From NCBI GenBank assembly GCA_963664225.1, contig OY760937.1, forward strand, positions 3,456,001-3,520,000: DNA of 64,000 bases. Reading direction: 5' to 3'. Origin of the DNA: Verrucomicrobiia bacterium. Lineage in GTDB: Bacteria; Verrucomicrobiota; Verrucomicrobiia; Limisphaerales; UBA1319. The position numbers were made by a program, and so were the translations under genes. The notes under the pieces were generated by a model. That model searched no databases, had not been told where the DNA came from, and saw nothing but the letters and a program-made list of their open reading frames with translations. Shown here one piece after another: positions 1 to 9,783 of the stretch (its first letter is position 1; each line of letters begins with the position of its first letter).

Positions 1-161
1 TCCGGCATAGCTTTGCCACGCATTTATTGGAGCATGGGGCGGATTTGCGCGTGATCCAGGAATTACTCGGGCACGCCAACATCAGCACCACCGAGATCTA
101 CACGCATGTGGAAGGGGCGCGTCTGCGGGAGGTGCATCGTAAATTCCATCCCCGTGGATAA
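1..161 (+). CDS. xerD: Site-specific tyrosine recombinase XerD/XerC, C-terminal fragment (5' truncated by window edge)
   Basis: Manual translation from nt 3 gives [36 protein letters not shown]...HRKFHPRG*, with the [11 protein letters not shown] and catalytic Tyr motifs. The HPR ending is typical of XerD/XerC. Confidence 0.85.
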   Translation, partial: RHSFATHLLEHGADLRVIQELLGHANISTTEIYTHVEGARLREVHRKFHPRG

Positions 162-184
162 ACTTCCCCCGCGACAGCGACGCG

Positions 185-931
185 TTACGCGGAGACTTTG
201 GCCGGGGCCGGGGCGGATTTTAAGGAGTGCGCTGCGCGTCGTTCCATCGCGGTGGCGATGAGTTCAGCCGCGCCATCGAATCCCATTTGATCCGTGTTAA
301 TGATCAAGTGATAGAGCAGGGGATTGTCGATGTCCTCGGCAAAATATTTTTTCAGGTAACGGCGGCGCTCACGATCCTCTGAATCCACAAACTCATACGC
401 CTGGCTCTCGTTCATGTGGTAGAACTCGCTGGCCTGGCGCACGCGTTTCTGCAGCGGAGCGACGAGGCGGACATGAAAACAATTCTTCAATGTGCTGGTC
501 ACCACCGATCCGCCCCGCCCGATCAGGATCACGCCGCCCATGCGGGCCAGTCGCAACAACGTGTCCGTGGTGTAATGCACCAGGGTCCATTGGGATGGTT
601 GCACTCCGAGGATCTCCCGCACGCCCGCATTAATCCCCAGCGTCGTTTCCTGACGCATGAACTTGGCGATCCGGGCCGGAAGATTATGGTCCGCCAGAAC
701 CCGCTCGACCAGGTCGCGGTCGAACACGGTCCAGGGACAGTGATGTGGCTTCTCCCAGGCATCCAGCAGTGCGGCCACTTTATCGGCGATCGTGCGCCCA
801 CCGGAACCGGTCTGGCGTGAAATGGTTAAAGTCGGACGCGACAACGCGCCGCCGGACGATGCTTCCCGGGAGGTGTTCAACTGGCTGTCGATGAAGCTTT
901 TGCATCTTTCAAAACTGACGGTGTCGCTCAT
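185..931 (-). CDS. Cytidylate kinase-like family protein
   Basis: TISRQTGSGG P-loop-like motif, VILIGRGG, D-x-ER-x2-Y and YHLIINT, typical of the cytidylate_kin2 family. Start taken at the ATG of MSDTVS. Confidence 0.8.
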   Translation of the reverse strand: MSDTVSFERCKSFIDSQLNTSREASSGGALSRPTLTISRQTGSGGRTIADKVAALLDAWEKPHHCPWTVFDRDLVERVLADHNLPARIAKFMRQETTLGINAGVREILGVQPSQWTLVHYTTDTLLRLARMGGVILIGRGGSVVTSTLKNCFHVRLVAPLQKRVRQASEFYHMNESQAYEFVDSEDRERRRYLKKYFAEDIDNPLLYHLIINTDQMGFDGAAELIATAMERRAAHSLKSAPAPAKVSA

Positions 932-1058
932 ATTATTCCTCCGCGTTACGTCCCCGCCGACGCAAAGCAACATGCAAGCGCCAAAGCCTGGAAGGACTAT
1001 CTAACCATAATCCAACGCAGCCATTTTATCAAGTTCAACTCAGATTGGAAAAAGGCGC

Positions 1059-1093
1059 AAAAAAAGCCCCGCTCTTATCAAGAGCGAGGCTTT
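1059..1093 (-). terminator. Probable intrinsic terminator
   Basis: Minus strand reads AAAGCCTCGCTCTT-GAT-AAGAGCGGGGCTTTTTTT, a GC hairpin plus U-tract about 20 nt after the stop of 1114..1995. Confidence 0.75.
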
Positions 1094-1113
1094 GAAACCG
1101 CTCAATGGGACCG

Positions 1114-1995
1114 TTATTGGACCGAACGCGTTGCGTGGTCTTGAAGCCAAAGTACGTCCTTGTTGTTCGGACAAACAATGTTGTTTTGCACCGCCTGACC
1201 TTTTACCAGGGGCGGACGCGTGCGCGCATCCAGCCATTTATGGATCTCAGAGTGGCCGTCCGCGAACGAAAAACCACCGGCGCCGTTGTGATAGGCAGCG
1301 GGAGTATCCACCAGGATATTCTGTGCGGGTTGCGAGGGAAAACCGTTCATCTGCACAACATAGAAGGCGTCGTTGATGCTATCTTCGCGTTCATCCAGCA
1401 GGACGAACGTTTTGCTCGGGCCCGGCGCGGTCATGTCGCCCATTTTTCTATAAACCCGCCAGGTATTATTCGGCCAGCCTTCCTGGCTGTTGTTGCTGAA
1501 TGCCAGATCCCCATTACCCCCCACGTAGTTGTTCATGGACATGCTGCGCACACGCGTCTTGGTCACTCCTCGCGCGTTCACTGTGGAATTGTCGGATGGG
1601 CACTTATAGACGGCCACATTCTTGACGTATTTCCAAAGCAGGCTCTGCTTGATGTCCTTTTCTGGATCCCAATTCGAGAGGTTGTTGCCATTGTAATCCA
1701 GAACTCCGTTGACCCAGGCAAACTTTCTTTTGACGGCGTCCGTTTCGCAATAGGCGTACGGCAGTTGATCGAGGCTCTCCTCTGAGTAGATGCGCCAGGC
1801 CAGCATTAATTGGCGATGGTTATTGAGACATTGAATGCCCTGGGCCTTGGACTTGGCCTTGGACAGGGCAGGGAGCAGCATTCCCGCAAGAATGGCGATG
1901 ATGGCGATGACCACCAAAAGTTCGATCAGGGTGAATCCAGGGGGGCGCTTGGAGCGGTCCCGGAATCTTTTTGAAAGGCACGCGGACAAATTCAT
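1114..1995 (-). CDS. Prepilin-type N-terminal cleavage/methylation protein with C-terminal H-X9-DG motif (DUF1559-like)
   Basis: [26 protein letters not shown]-methylation motif, YKCPSD, and [14 protein letters not shown]. Confidence 0.9.
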   Translation of the reverse strand: MNLSACLSKRFRDRSKRPPGFTLIELLVVIAIIAILAGMLLPALSKAKSKAQGIQCLNNHRQLMLAWRIYSEESLDQLPYAYCETDAVKRKFAWVNGVLDYNGNNLSNWDPEKDIKQSLLWKYVKNVAVYKCPSDNSTVNARGVTKTRVRSMSMNNYVGGNGDLAFSNNSQEGWPNNTWRVYRKMGDMTAPGPSKTFVLLDEREDSINDAFYVVQMNGFPSQPAQNILVDTPAAYHNGAGGFSFADGHSEIHKWLDARTRPPLVKGQAVQNNIVCPNNKDVLWLQDHATRSVQ

Positions 1996-2272
1996 AAAGT
2001 TCTCCAGAGTAATTGCACTACACGACTCCGGCTTGCGCCGGAAATTCCACAACGGGCCGTTGGTTTAATTAATTTCATCGGCCTCCAGTCCAACTCAACA
2101 ATTAAGGCAGGCTGAGGTTGCGGCCTGAAACGGTCAATTGATTCAGGAGGGTCGCACCGTAAATAAAATGTGTCCTCAGAGCCATGCGGTCATGGATCCC
2201 CGCCAGGTCTTCCGCCCCGGCATTTATTTGGATGCCGGGACGGAAGGGGACTGGAGGGATTTGCCGATTTAC

Positions 2273-3919
2273 TTAAGGTTTGTAAACCCGATAGAAGGTC
2301 TTCGCCGCGCTGGACGGGAACACCATGTAATAACCGCGGGTGTCCACCAGCGGCTGGTTGGTGACGCTGGTCCAATTCTTCACATCACCCAGATCGGTGC
2401 TCTTCTGGAGGGTGTAGCCACCAGGAGTCGTCGGCCAGGTCACGCGCACCGAGCTTTCAATCGTCAACTCCGGCGAGCCGGGTTGCACGCCCGGAATGGG
2501 CCAGGAATCCAGTTCAGCGGCCGTCAGCGCGCCCTTGGAGATCTTGAATCGATCGACCGAACCGACGTAAGGGTTGCCGCCCCCTTCCGAGCCAAACCAG
2601 GCCGTGGTGTCCGTGCGGCCAAACAGCACGCCGTCAACATAAGGCACGGTGTCGGCCAGGCCACCATCCACGTAGAACCGGATTTCCTTGCCGTTCTCAT
2701 GAACCACGGCGGCATGGTGCCATTGACCGTCGTCAGGAATGATGGCGGTGGCGGATTTAACGTCGGCCTTGCCGAGCGTGGTGACAAACAAATGGCGGTC
2801 AGTGGCCATCGAGAAGGCCAGGGCGCCGCCCGCGCAGTTATTCAGGAAAATTACGGACTTTTCAGGATTGGGCAGGGCGCCGAATTTCAGCCACGCCTGC
2901 ATGGTGAACGAGGGATCCGCTTCATCGAGCTTGATCAACACAGTGGGATCCGGAATGGTCACCCGGTCGCCGTTTTTGAAGTTCAACGCGTAATCGTTCG
3001 TCTTGCCGGACGGCGTATCGGTGGTGAATGTGGGCGCTCCGGCAAAGGCCAGCTTGTAAGGGTAGGAAATACCGGCGACGAGTGAGGCGTTGCCCGTGCT
3101 GGCGTAAGGTGGCGCCGATTCCGTGAAGTTAAAGTCCACCAATGTGCTGGTCAAGGCCGCCTTGGGCGTGGCCGCCACGCTGTCCAACTGTTCGGCCGTA
3201 AGAACGGCATTGTGAATGCGGAAACGATCGATGTTGCCCTGGAGGGCGTTTCCGCCCACGGATTCAGCGCCGATGGCCAGATAATTGTTGCCGAATGCAC
3301 GGGGCAGACGGGTTTCCGGTATTTGTGCCACGAGGCCGCCGTCCAGGAAGAAACTCGGGCCCACACCCGGTTCCCAAGCCACGGCCACATGGTGCCAGGC
3401 TCCATCTGGAGGGAGGCCCACGTTGCTGTTGATATCTACAATGCCGAACAAAGTGAATTGGATCTCCACTCCAAATGCCCCTGAGCTGTTCAAACCGAGT
3501 TTCCAGGAGCTTCCATACCCGCCGATGCCTTCAAGCACGCGTAAATCGGTCGGATCCATCTTGACCCAGGTCTCGATGGTGAACGCGTTGGTCTGGGTTT
3601 GGGCCAGGACCTTGTTGGCGCTGTCGTCCACGACCAGGTAGGCATCCGTTGCGGGGTTGCCAATGTTCATGCTGACCGATTTGTCCGTCGCGGAACCCGC
3701 GGGATTGTCGGTGGAGGAGACGGCATCGCCCGGGGGAACAAAATTGCCGACCATGCCGACAAGTTTGCTCACCGAGTCCGTCACATTCGTGCCCTTGCCT
3801 TCATCGAAGCTGAAGTCCACCAAGGGAGTTCCGGCGGCCATGGCGTTCGCCGCCAGGCAGACTCCCGCCAATAAGACGCCGGCCCTTCCGGCTGTTCTTT
3901 TCAATTTTCGTGTATTCAT
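2273..3919 (-). CDS. Secreted protein with two LamG-like (concanavalin A jelly-roll) domains and a C-terminal STDL-W-FYR domain
   Basis: Signal peptide (AANAMA). Two copies of FT(I/M)xxW..WHHxAV..F(F/Y)xDG..GxxDRF. C-terminus YTLQKSTDL...W...FYRV. Confidence 0.8.
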   Translation of the reverse strand: MNTRKLKRTAGRAGVLLAGVCLAANAMAAGTPLVDFSFDEGKGTNVTDSVSKLVGMVGNFVPPGDAVSSTDNPAGSATDKSVSMNIGNPATDAYLVVDDSANKVLAQTQTNAFTIETWVKMDPTDLRVLEGIGGYGSSWKLGLNSSGAFGVEIQFTLFGIVDINSNVGLPPDGAWHHVAVAWEPGVGPSFFLDGGLVAQIPETRLPRAFGNNYLAIGAESVGGNALQGNIDRFRIHNAVLTAEQLDSVAATPKAALTSTLVDFNFTESAPPYASTGNASLVAGISYPYKLAFAGAPTFTTDTPSGKTNDYALNFKNGDRVTIPDPTVLIKLDEADPSFTMQAWLKFGALPNPEKSVIFLNNCAGGALAFSMATDRHLFVTTLGKADVKSATAIIPDDGQWHHAAVVHENGKEIRFYVDGGLADTVPYVDGVLFGRTDTTAWFGSEGGGNPYVGSVDRFKISKGALTAAELDSWPIPGVQPGSPELTIESSVRVTWPTTPGGYTLQKSTDLGDVKNWTSVTNQPLVDTRGYYMVFPSSAAKTFYRVYKP

Positions 3920-4221
3920 GGTTTGTGTTGCTTTTGTGTATTACTTTATTTGGTTTTCGCTGGAGGTTACCGGAACAAATTGGTTCGAAGGAGGCGTGGA
4001 TATTCGGGCGGCGCCGCTGGAATTGGCGGAATTAAAAGTCCGCCACGCGGCTGAAGACTGTATTCTTCCCCGTCGTTAAAACAAGAATGGCTGCCCATGG
4101 TTACCCCGAATAAGAGAATCGTTATCCACATGACCCAGCTTGATTCCATAAGCTGGACGCAAAGATCCCAAACAATTCCATTACGCAAATCGATTTATAA
4201 CAGGACACCCCAAAACAAGCC

Positions 4222-5130
4222 ATGTTCTGCAATCTGATACTTATGTCTTTTTGTCTGGTGTTTGGAGGTCTTTTCGAGCAGAATTTCGCCCTTGTGAACT
4301 CCGTGATCGATGGCATTTTGCGACAATCCTTGCGCACTGAATATGTTCAGGCGGAAGTTTCGTCTCTGCCCTTGAATCATACGACCGGCTGGAGGACGAT
4401 GCCCTTCTTTATGTTTTCACGGGCCGGAACCGGCTCCGAGATCATGTTTCTGGAGGATGACAGGCAATGGAGGGCTTCTGCGGGTGAATTAATTGTCCTG
4501 CCCGCTGGTATTCGCCACAAGGTCGATGTGACCTCACCCCGCGAACAGCGCCAGTGGGCCCATGTTAATTATTTCATCCTCGGCAATGTCGATTTATTCA
4601 GTTTTCTGCAGGCGCCAATCCTTGTGGGAAAGGAAATTGGAGAAAAAGCGGGCGAGGTGATCTGCGAATGGGTCAGCCAGCAAATTCAACTGCAGAGGGA
4701 TCCGCTGCTCGTGGCCGTCAAGCAGCATGAATTTGCCATGCGCCTCCTGGCGTTGCTGATTCCGGTTTGCCGCTGGAGATCCGATGCGCAGGAAAAGTTG
4801 GACGGCCTGCAGCGGTTGAATCCGGTGATCCAGCATATGCAGCATCACCTGGACAAATCCATGACACGGGACGAACTGGCCCGCATGAGTGGCCTGTCTC
4901 CCGCCCAGTTCCATGTGGTTTTCAACGCGATCATGCAGGCAACTCCCATGGATTATCTGCGCGCGCTCCGCCTGCGCCACGCGCAGCGGCTTTTGATCAT
5001 GACCTCGGAACCGGTCAAAGATATTGGAGTCCACAGTGGCTACGAAGATCCGTTTGTGTTCTGCAAATCCTTCAAACGTGCCTGCGGTCTCAGCCCCTCG
5101 GAATATCGGAAAAGAACGCGGGTTCATTGA
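4222..5130 (+). CDS. AraC family transcriptional regulator
   Basis: C-terminal double HTH (ELARMSGLSPAQF...GYEDPFVFCKSFKRACGLSPSEYRK) and N-terminal cupin-like part. The start is uncertain. Confidence 0.9.
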   Translation: MFCNLILMSFCLVFGGLFEQNFALVNSVIDGILRQSLRTEYVQAEVSSLPLNHTTGWRTMPFFMFSRAGTGSEIMFLEDDRQWRASAGELIVLPAGIRHKVDVTSPREQRQWAHVNYFILGNVDLFSFLQAPILVGKEIGEKAGEVICEWVSQQIQLQRDPLLVAVKQHEFAMRLLALLIPVCRWRSDAQEKLDGLQRLNPVIQHMQHHLDKSMTRDELARMSGLSPAQFHVVFNAIMQATPMDYLRALRLRHAQRLLIMTSEPVKDIGVHSGYEDPFVFCKSFKRACGLSPSEYRKRTRVH

Positions 5131-5144
5131 ACCCGAAATTATTC

Positions 5145-6443
5145 ATGAAAACAGTCCACTTTCTCGCCCTGATATTTGCCGTGTTCACTCTCGGCGTGGC
5201 GGCGCAGGCGGGCACGGCGGATGCGCGCGGGGCGTTGCCCGCCCAATTCATCCTCATCAATAACGCGCCGGGCCAGCCATGGAACGCGCAGAATCCCGAA
5301 TCCTTTCAGCGCGCCCAGTTCGAGGAAATCCAGCGCACCTTCCTTGTTCCCACGGATAGTCGTGTTCGCGTCGGCGTCAGCTTCATCTTCGACTACCTGG
5401 CGACCACCAACGACGCCGTGCTGGTCCAGTCCCTCCGGCGTTTCCTGGCGCTGGCGCGGGAGACCGACACCCCCGTGTGCGTGACGCTCAGCGGGGAATA
5501 CTGGTGGCAGGGCCGGCCTGATTTGTGGAACTGGTGGGATTCGGACAAACCAGGATACAATCCCGACAACCGTGAGAACGTGGAATGGTCCTCGTGGAGT
5601 TCCGGAGACGCCCTCAAGATCGCCTGGCTCAACTGGGGCCGCCAGATTCGCATTCCGCCCCCGCCGAATCTCCTGAGCCCGCGCTACCGCCAGGCCTGCC
5701 GGGAGAAGTTGCGCCTGCTGGTGCCGATCCTCGTGGACTGGTCGAAGGCGTTGCCCGACGGGAAGAAGGACCTGTTCGTCGGTCTGAAAGTCAGTTGGGA
5801 ATCCGCCATTGGCGTGAACGGCTTTTATTACACCAATGGCAATTCCCTGCTCGATCAACCGGAAGCCAATGATCCAAAGACCGGCATCAACCCGCAAATC
5901 ATTCCCTCGCGCGGCGTGGCGCAAATCGGCTATGCGGCGGTGAAAACCGGCGGCATTCGTAGCAGCGGGGAAATCACCGAGGCGGACCTCGCCGAGGTCG
6001 TGCGCCGCCACGTCGAGGATAACGCCCGGGAAGCGGCGCGGCTGGGGTTGCCGCGTGATCGCATCTTCACGCACTGCGGCGGATGGAAAACGGGCGAATT
6101 GCTTTTTGACGTTGCTGTGAACAGGTTCTCCTCACCTGGCTGGAGCTTTTACGAGCGCGTGATCGATCCCGCGAAAAACATCGGCGTTCAACGCGCCCTC
6201 AAGCTCAGCGATGCCCCGTGCTGGGCCGCGTCCGAGTGGCTGCACCAGGGTGACAATACCGTGGATGCCTGGCGCGAATCCATCCAGGGCACCCTGGCCG
6301 ATCCCCGTTGCCGGTTTCTTTGCATTTATAACTGGGGCAACGTCCGCGACAGCGTGAACGCCCAACAAGCCATCCGTGAATTTGTGAGTGCCAGCGGAAA
6401 ATTATCCCCGGTCGTGGGGCTTCCGGAACCTGCGGTCAAGTGA
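5145..6443 (+). CDS. Secreted hypothetical protein, possibly a glycoside hydrolase-like TIM barrel
   Basis: ATG at 5145 (MKTVHFLALIFAVFTLGVAAQA signal peptide). Trp-rich, with motifs VSWES and WAASEW and a C-terminal CIYNW. Confidence 0.6.
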   Translation: MKTVHFLALIFAVFTLGVAAQAGTADARGALPAQFILINNAPGQPWNAQNPESFQRAQFEEIQRTFLVPTDSRVRVGVSFIFDYLATTNDAVLVQSLRRFLALARETDTPVCVTLSGEYWWQGRPDLWNWWDSDKPGYNPDNRENVEWSSWSSGDALKIAWLNWGRQIRIPPPPNLLSPRYRQACREKLRLLVPILVDWSKALPDGKKDLFVGLKVSWESAIGVNGFYYTNGNSLLDQPEANDPKTGINPQIIPSRGVAQIGYAAVKTGGIRSSGEITEADLAEVVRRHVEDNAREAARLGLPRDRIFTHCGGWKTGELLFDVAVNRFSSPGWSFYERVIDPAKNIGVQRALKLSDAPCWAASEWLHQGDNTVDAWRESIQGTLADPRCRFLCIYNWGNVRDSVNAQQAIREFVSASGKLSPVVGLPEPAVK

Positions 6444-6451
6444 CCTTCGAA

Positions 6452-7882
6452 TTAAGGATTTTGATTTGGGGATGGCGTATAGGTGTTCTGCTTTTCCCAG
6501 GCATCGAAATTCCCATCGTTGGATGTGGCCACTTGCACCCTGCCATCATCAAAAAGATAAATGCGCTTCCATGAGCCGTCTGGAGCTTGTCGGGAGAGCC
6601 GTTCGCGAAGAGCCACCATTTTTGGATTTGTATGATCAGGGTCTCGAGCCCCTTTGCCAACGATATCAAAGGAAGCCAGATCAATTCCACCAATTGTGAA
6701 CGATCCGCCCAGTTCTTTTGATAATTGGGCATAATTTGTTGGATATTGATTGCCGTTGTCCATGAAGAACAGTTGCAAGGCAAGGCCAACCTGCTTTGCC
6801 GCAACCGCTGTTGCGGATTGATGCTTTTTGAATTGTTCCTCGGCGGACATCGCCGCCGCCAGTTGCTGCTCGGCGGCCTGCTTCCCCTGTGCCGCTTCGC
6901 TGGCCTGGCGTCGCAGCACGCCCACTTCACCGCGCAATTTCAAAAGCTCGCTTTGATTCGTATTTGATTTGGTTTCCTCATTTGCGTCGCGCAGGGCCGC
7001 CGCGCGTTTCATGGCGTCGTCGCGCTCGCCCTGCAATTGCTGGATTTGCCCGGCCAGCGACGCCTGTTGTTGCTGGAGGGTTTGGTTTTGTCCGCGCAGT
7101 TGGGCGGCCTGGCGGGCTTCGTAGATTCCCGCCCCGGCCAGCATGGCGGCGGTCACGGTGACGATGGTTTTTTGCAGGGTGGTCATGGCAATGGTTTTGG
7201 CGGTTGCGGCAATTACGGTGGATGTGGAAACCGCCGTGCCCGAGAGTGCGACAGCGGAAATGGTGAGGGCCAGCCCAACGGGTGCCGCGTGCACGGCATT
7301 GGCGCTGATGGCGACGGCGAGTCCGCCCGCGCCGATGGTCACGCCGCGGTGGGCGAAGAAATCGCGCAGCCGTTCCACCGCGCGGCTCACGCGCTTTTGA
7401 GCGGCGGCGTTGCTGATGCCCAGAAGTGCGGCTATTTCCGGCGCGGATTTCTTTTCGAAATAGCGGAGCAGGAGCGCGTCACGCTCGGCGTCGTCCAGTT
7501 CGCCGAGGCAGGCGTCCAGGTGCGGCGCGATGTCTTCCCATGGGGCTTCGTTTTCGGCGGAGAGAAGATGATTCATGGCGGCAGCCTCTTGTTCGCAGAG
7601 TTGACGGCGCACAGCGGCGCGGACGGATTTGGCGGCGAGGTGCCGCGAGGTGGTGTGCAGCCAGCCGGAGAGCACGGGATGCCCGGCAAGGCGCGCGGCA
7701 TTTTGCGCCAGCGCCACGAACACGGCCTGGGTCACGTCCTCTGCGGCATGCGATTCGTTGACCATGCGAAGCGCGGCGGAATGGACGAGGTCAACGTGCC
7801 GCCGGACAAGTTCGGCGAAAGCGGCCTCGGAATGGTGTTCCGCGTAGTCGCGCAAAAGCTGCTGATCGGTCAAGGCGTTCAC
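6452..7882 (-). CDS. ECF sigma-70 factor with long C-terminal extension (hydrophobic segment, coiled coil, pilin-like tail)
   Basis: Region 2 (AFAELVRRH...AEDVTQAVF...GWL) and region 4 (EIAALLGISNAAAQKRVSRA), followed by about 290 aa of extension. Confidence 0.85.
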   Translation of the reverse strand: MNALTDQQLLRDYAEHHSEAAFAELVRRHVDLVHSAALRMVNESHAAEDVTQAVFVALAQNAARLAGHPVLSGWLHTTSRHLAAKSVRAAVRRQLCEQEAAAMNHLLSAENEAPWEDIAPHLDACLGELDDAERDALLLRYFEKKSAPEIAALLGISNAAAQKRVSRAVERLRDFFAHRGVTIGAGGLAVAISANAVHAAPVGLALTISAVALSGTAVSTSTVIAATAKTIAMTTLQKTIVTVTAAMLAGAGIYEARQAAQLRGQNQTLQQQQASLAGQIQQLQGERDDAMKRAAALRDANEETKSNTNQSELLKLRGEVGVLRRQASEAAQGKQAAEQQLAAAMSAEEQFKKHQSATAVAAKQVGLALQLFFMDNGNQYPTNYAQLSKELGGSFTIGGIDLASFDIVGKGARDPDHTNPKMVALRERLSRQAPDGSWKRIYLFDDGRVQVATSNDGNFDAWEKQNTYTPSPNQNP

Positions 7883-8472
7883 TCACGAGATAATACCCGC
7901 ACCCGTCAAACTCGGACAAAGAAAAGAAAACAAAGTTCAATTGCATCCCGCCGCGCAAAAGAGTAAGATGCGTTGACATCGGCACACTTGGATCTGGACG
8001 TTATGAAAATCCTGAAAATTGTGATCTGCGTGGCATTGGCCATTGGATTCTTCCTTGGCCTTTTCGGAATCTGATTCGCAAGTCACCCAAGCCCTACAGG
8101 AGTGGAAATTCCACGCCAAGGAAGGTTAATATCCTTCTGCAAGGCCGCCAACCCACCCGCACGCAGTTTCAGCCGAAGCGTTCTTCCATTTTTCGTCCTC
8201 CCGCCTCTCGCTGCACGATCCGAGTTCGAGCAAGAAATGAGGCTCTTCCGCCAATAACCGTGTAGGCGCATTTGCGGCAGCGTGTTAAGATAGGCTTACA
8301 CACGAGTTAAAGCATCTAATGAACAATCATTTACGAAAAACAATTTGAGCCCCCCTTCGTGACTCCCGCCTCACGGCGGTGTCCGCTCGCGACTTCACGA
8401 ATCGGGACATCCATCGCCCATCCGGGAAACGGTCCGAGATTGGACCGATAATCCCATTCGCGGGATATTCAT

Positions 8473-8922
8473 ATGCCGCCACAAATTCTAAGGCTTTTGA
8501 TTCTGACACTGGCGATAGCGGGTTCCTACTTCTCCGCCAGGGCGGTTCTCAAGCCCGCATCCTTCGGCCAATATGGATGGTATCGGGGGGATGCCCTCGT
8601 GGAACTCGCGGACCGACCCATCAACTACGCAGGCAAGGCGACCTGCGAGGATTGCCACGATGAAGTGGTGAAGGTGAAGTCCAAGTCCAACCACAAATCC
8701 CTGTCCTGTGAATCGTGCCACGGGCCGAACGCCGGGCACGCCAGGGATTATTCGATCGAAACCAAAAAAATCAAAGACCCGAAGTTTTGCCTCATTTGCC
8801 ACGAGGCCAATCCGTCCAAACCGGCCAAATTTCCACAAATCGATCCGGCGGAGCATTTCAGCGACTCGAAGTGTGTGGAGTGTCACCTGCCGCATGCCCC
8901 TTCCGAATCTCCACCCAAATGA
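8473..8922 (+). CDS. Membrane-anchored tetraheme c-type cytochrome
   Basis: Four CxxCH motifs (CEDCH, CESCH, CLICH, CVECH) after an N-terminal hydrophobic segment. Confidence 0.85.
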   Translation: MPPQILRLLILTLAIAGSYFSARAVLKPASFGQYGWYRGDALVELADRPINYAGKATCEDCHDEVVKVKSKSNHKSLSCESCHGPNAGHARDYSIETKKIKDPKFCLICHEANPSKPAKFPQIDPAEHFSDSKCVECHLPHAPSESPPK

Positions 8923-9782
8923 AAGCACTTATGCAAAACCGGCGTCAGGCATTGCAGGCCATGGGAAAGGCCATCGGCGGCTTTTGCACCTTAATGGTGT
9001 TCCAGCCTGCGCAGGCCGCGTTCGCCCAGTTATTGGGTTTGGCAACGCCGTCGCCCGATAAAACGAATTCCGCGGCAGGCTCGGACAAATCCAAGCCCAC
9101 CGCCAAATACGATCCGGCCGCCCACTATTATACGATGGTGATCGATGTCGATAAATGCATCGGCTGCGGTTTATGCGCCAGCGCCTGCAAGCAGGAAAAC
9201 AAGGTCATCGCCGAGCCGTTCTACTTTCGCACCTGGATCGAACGCTACATCATCAAAAAACCCGGTCCGGGCGCCTCCGAGGCACGAGGTGAAACGCTGG
9301 TGGACTCTCCGAATGGCGGCATCGACGGTTTTCCACAGCCAAAGGTCCCCAAGGACGACATCCTCAAATCGTTTTTTGTGCCCAAGTTATGCAATCACTG
9401 CAACGATTCGCCCTGCATCCAGGCCTGCCCCGTGGGCGCGACTTTCGAATCCCCGGATGGCGTGGTGCTGGTCGATCCCAAATACTGCATCGGTTGCGGC
9501 TTTTGCATTCAAGCCTGCCCTTACGGCTGCCGTTTTCTGAATCCGATCACCCGCACCGCCGAAAAATGCACCTTTTGTTACCATCGACTGACCCAGGGCT
9601 TGAGGCCGGCCTGTGTTGAAGTATGCCCCACAGGCGCGCGCCTGTTCGGCGACATGAAGGATCCCGCCAGCGCCGAACCCGTACGGCGTTTTGTGCAGGA
9701 GAACAAGGTTCAGGTGTTGAAACCCCATCTGGGAACACATCCCAAATTGCTCTATGCCGGGCTGGACAAGGAGGTCCGATAG
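8919..9782 (+). CDS. 4Fe-4S dicluster protein, NrfC/PsrB/DmsB-like
   Basis: ATG overlaps the upstream stop (ATGA). NRRQAL twin-arginine-like leader; CIGCGLCASAC, CNHCNDSPCIQACP, CIGCGFCIQACP and KCTFC...PACVEVCP motifs. Confidence 0.9.
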   Translation: MKALMQNRRQALQAMGKAIGGFCTLMVFQPAQAAFAQLLGLATPSPDKTNSAAGSDKSKPTAKYDPAAHYYTMVIDVDKCIGCGLCASACKQENKVIAEPFYFRTWIERYIIKKPGPGASEARGETLVDSPNGGIDGFPQPKVPKDDILKSFFVPKLCNHCNDSPCIQACPVGATFESPDGVVLVDPKYCIGCGFCIQACPYGCRFLNPITRTAEKCTFCYHRLTQGLRPACVEVCPTGARLFGDMKDPASAEPVRRFVQENKVQVLKPHLGTHPKLLYAGLDKEVR

Positions 9783-9783
9783 T

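Noticed and set aside
1..161. Integron integrase serving the cassettes at 22.4-23.3 kb
   Set aside because: The visible C-terminus fits XerD/XerC (FHPRG end) and lies 22 kb away. The IntI-specific insertion cannot be checked because the gene is truncated.
4767..5144. N-terminal extension of ORF 4767..6443
   Set aside because: It overlaps AraC in another frame; the signal peptide starts at ATG 5145.
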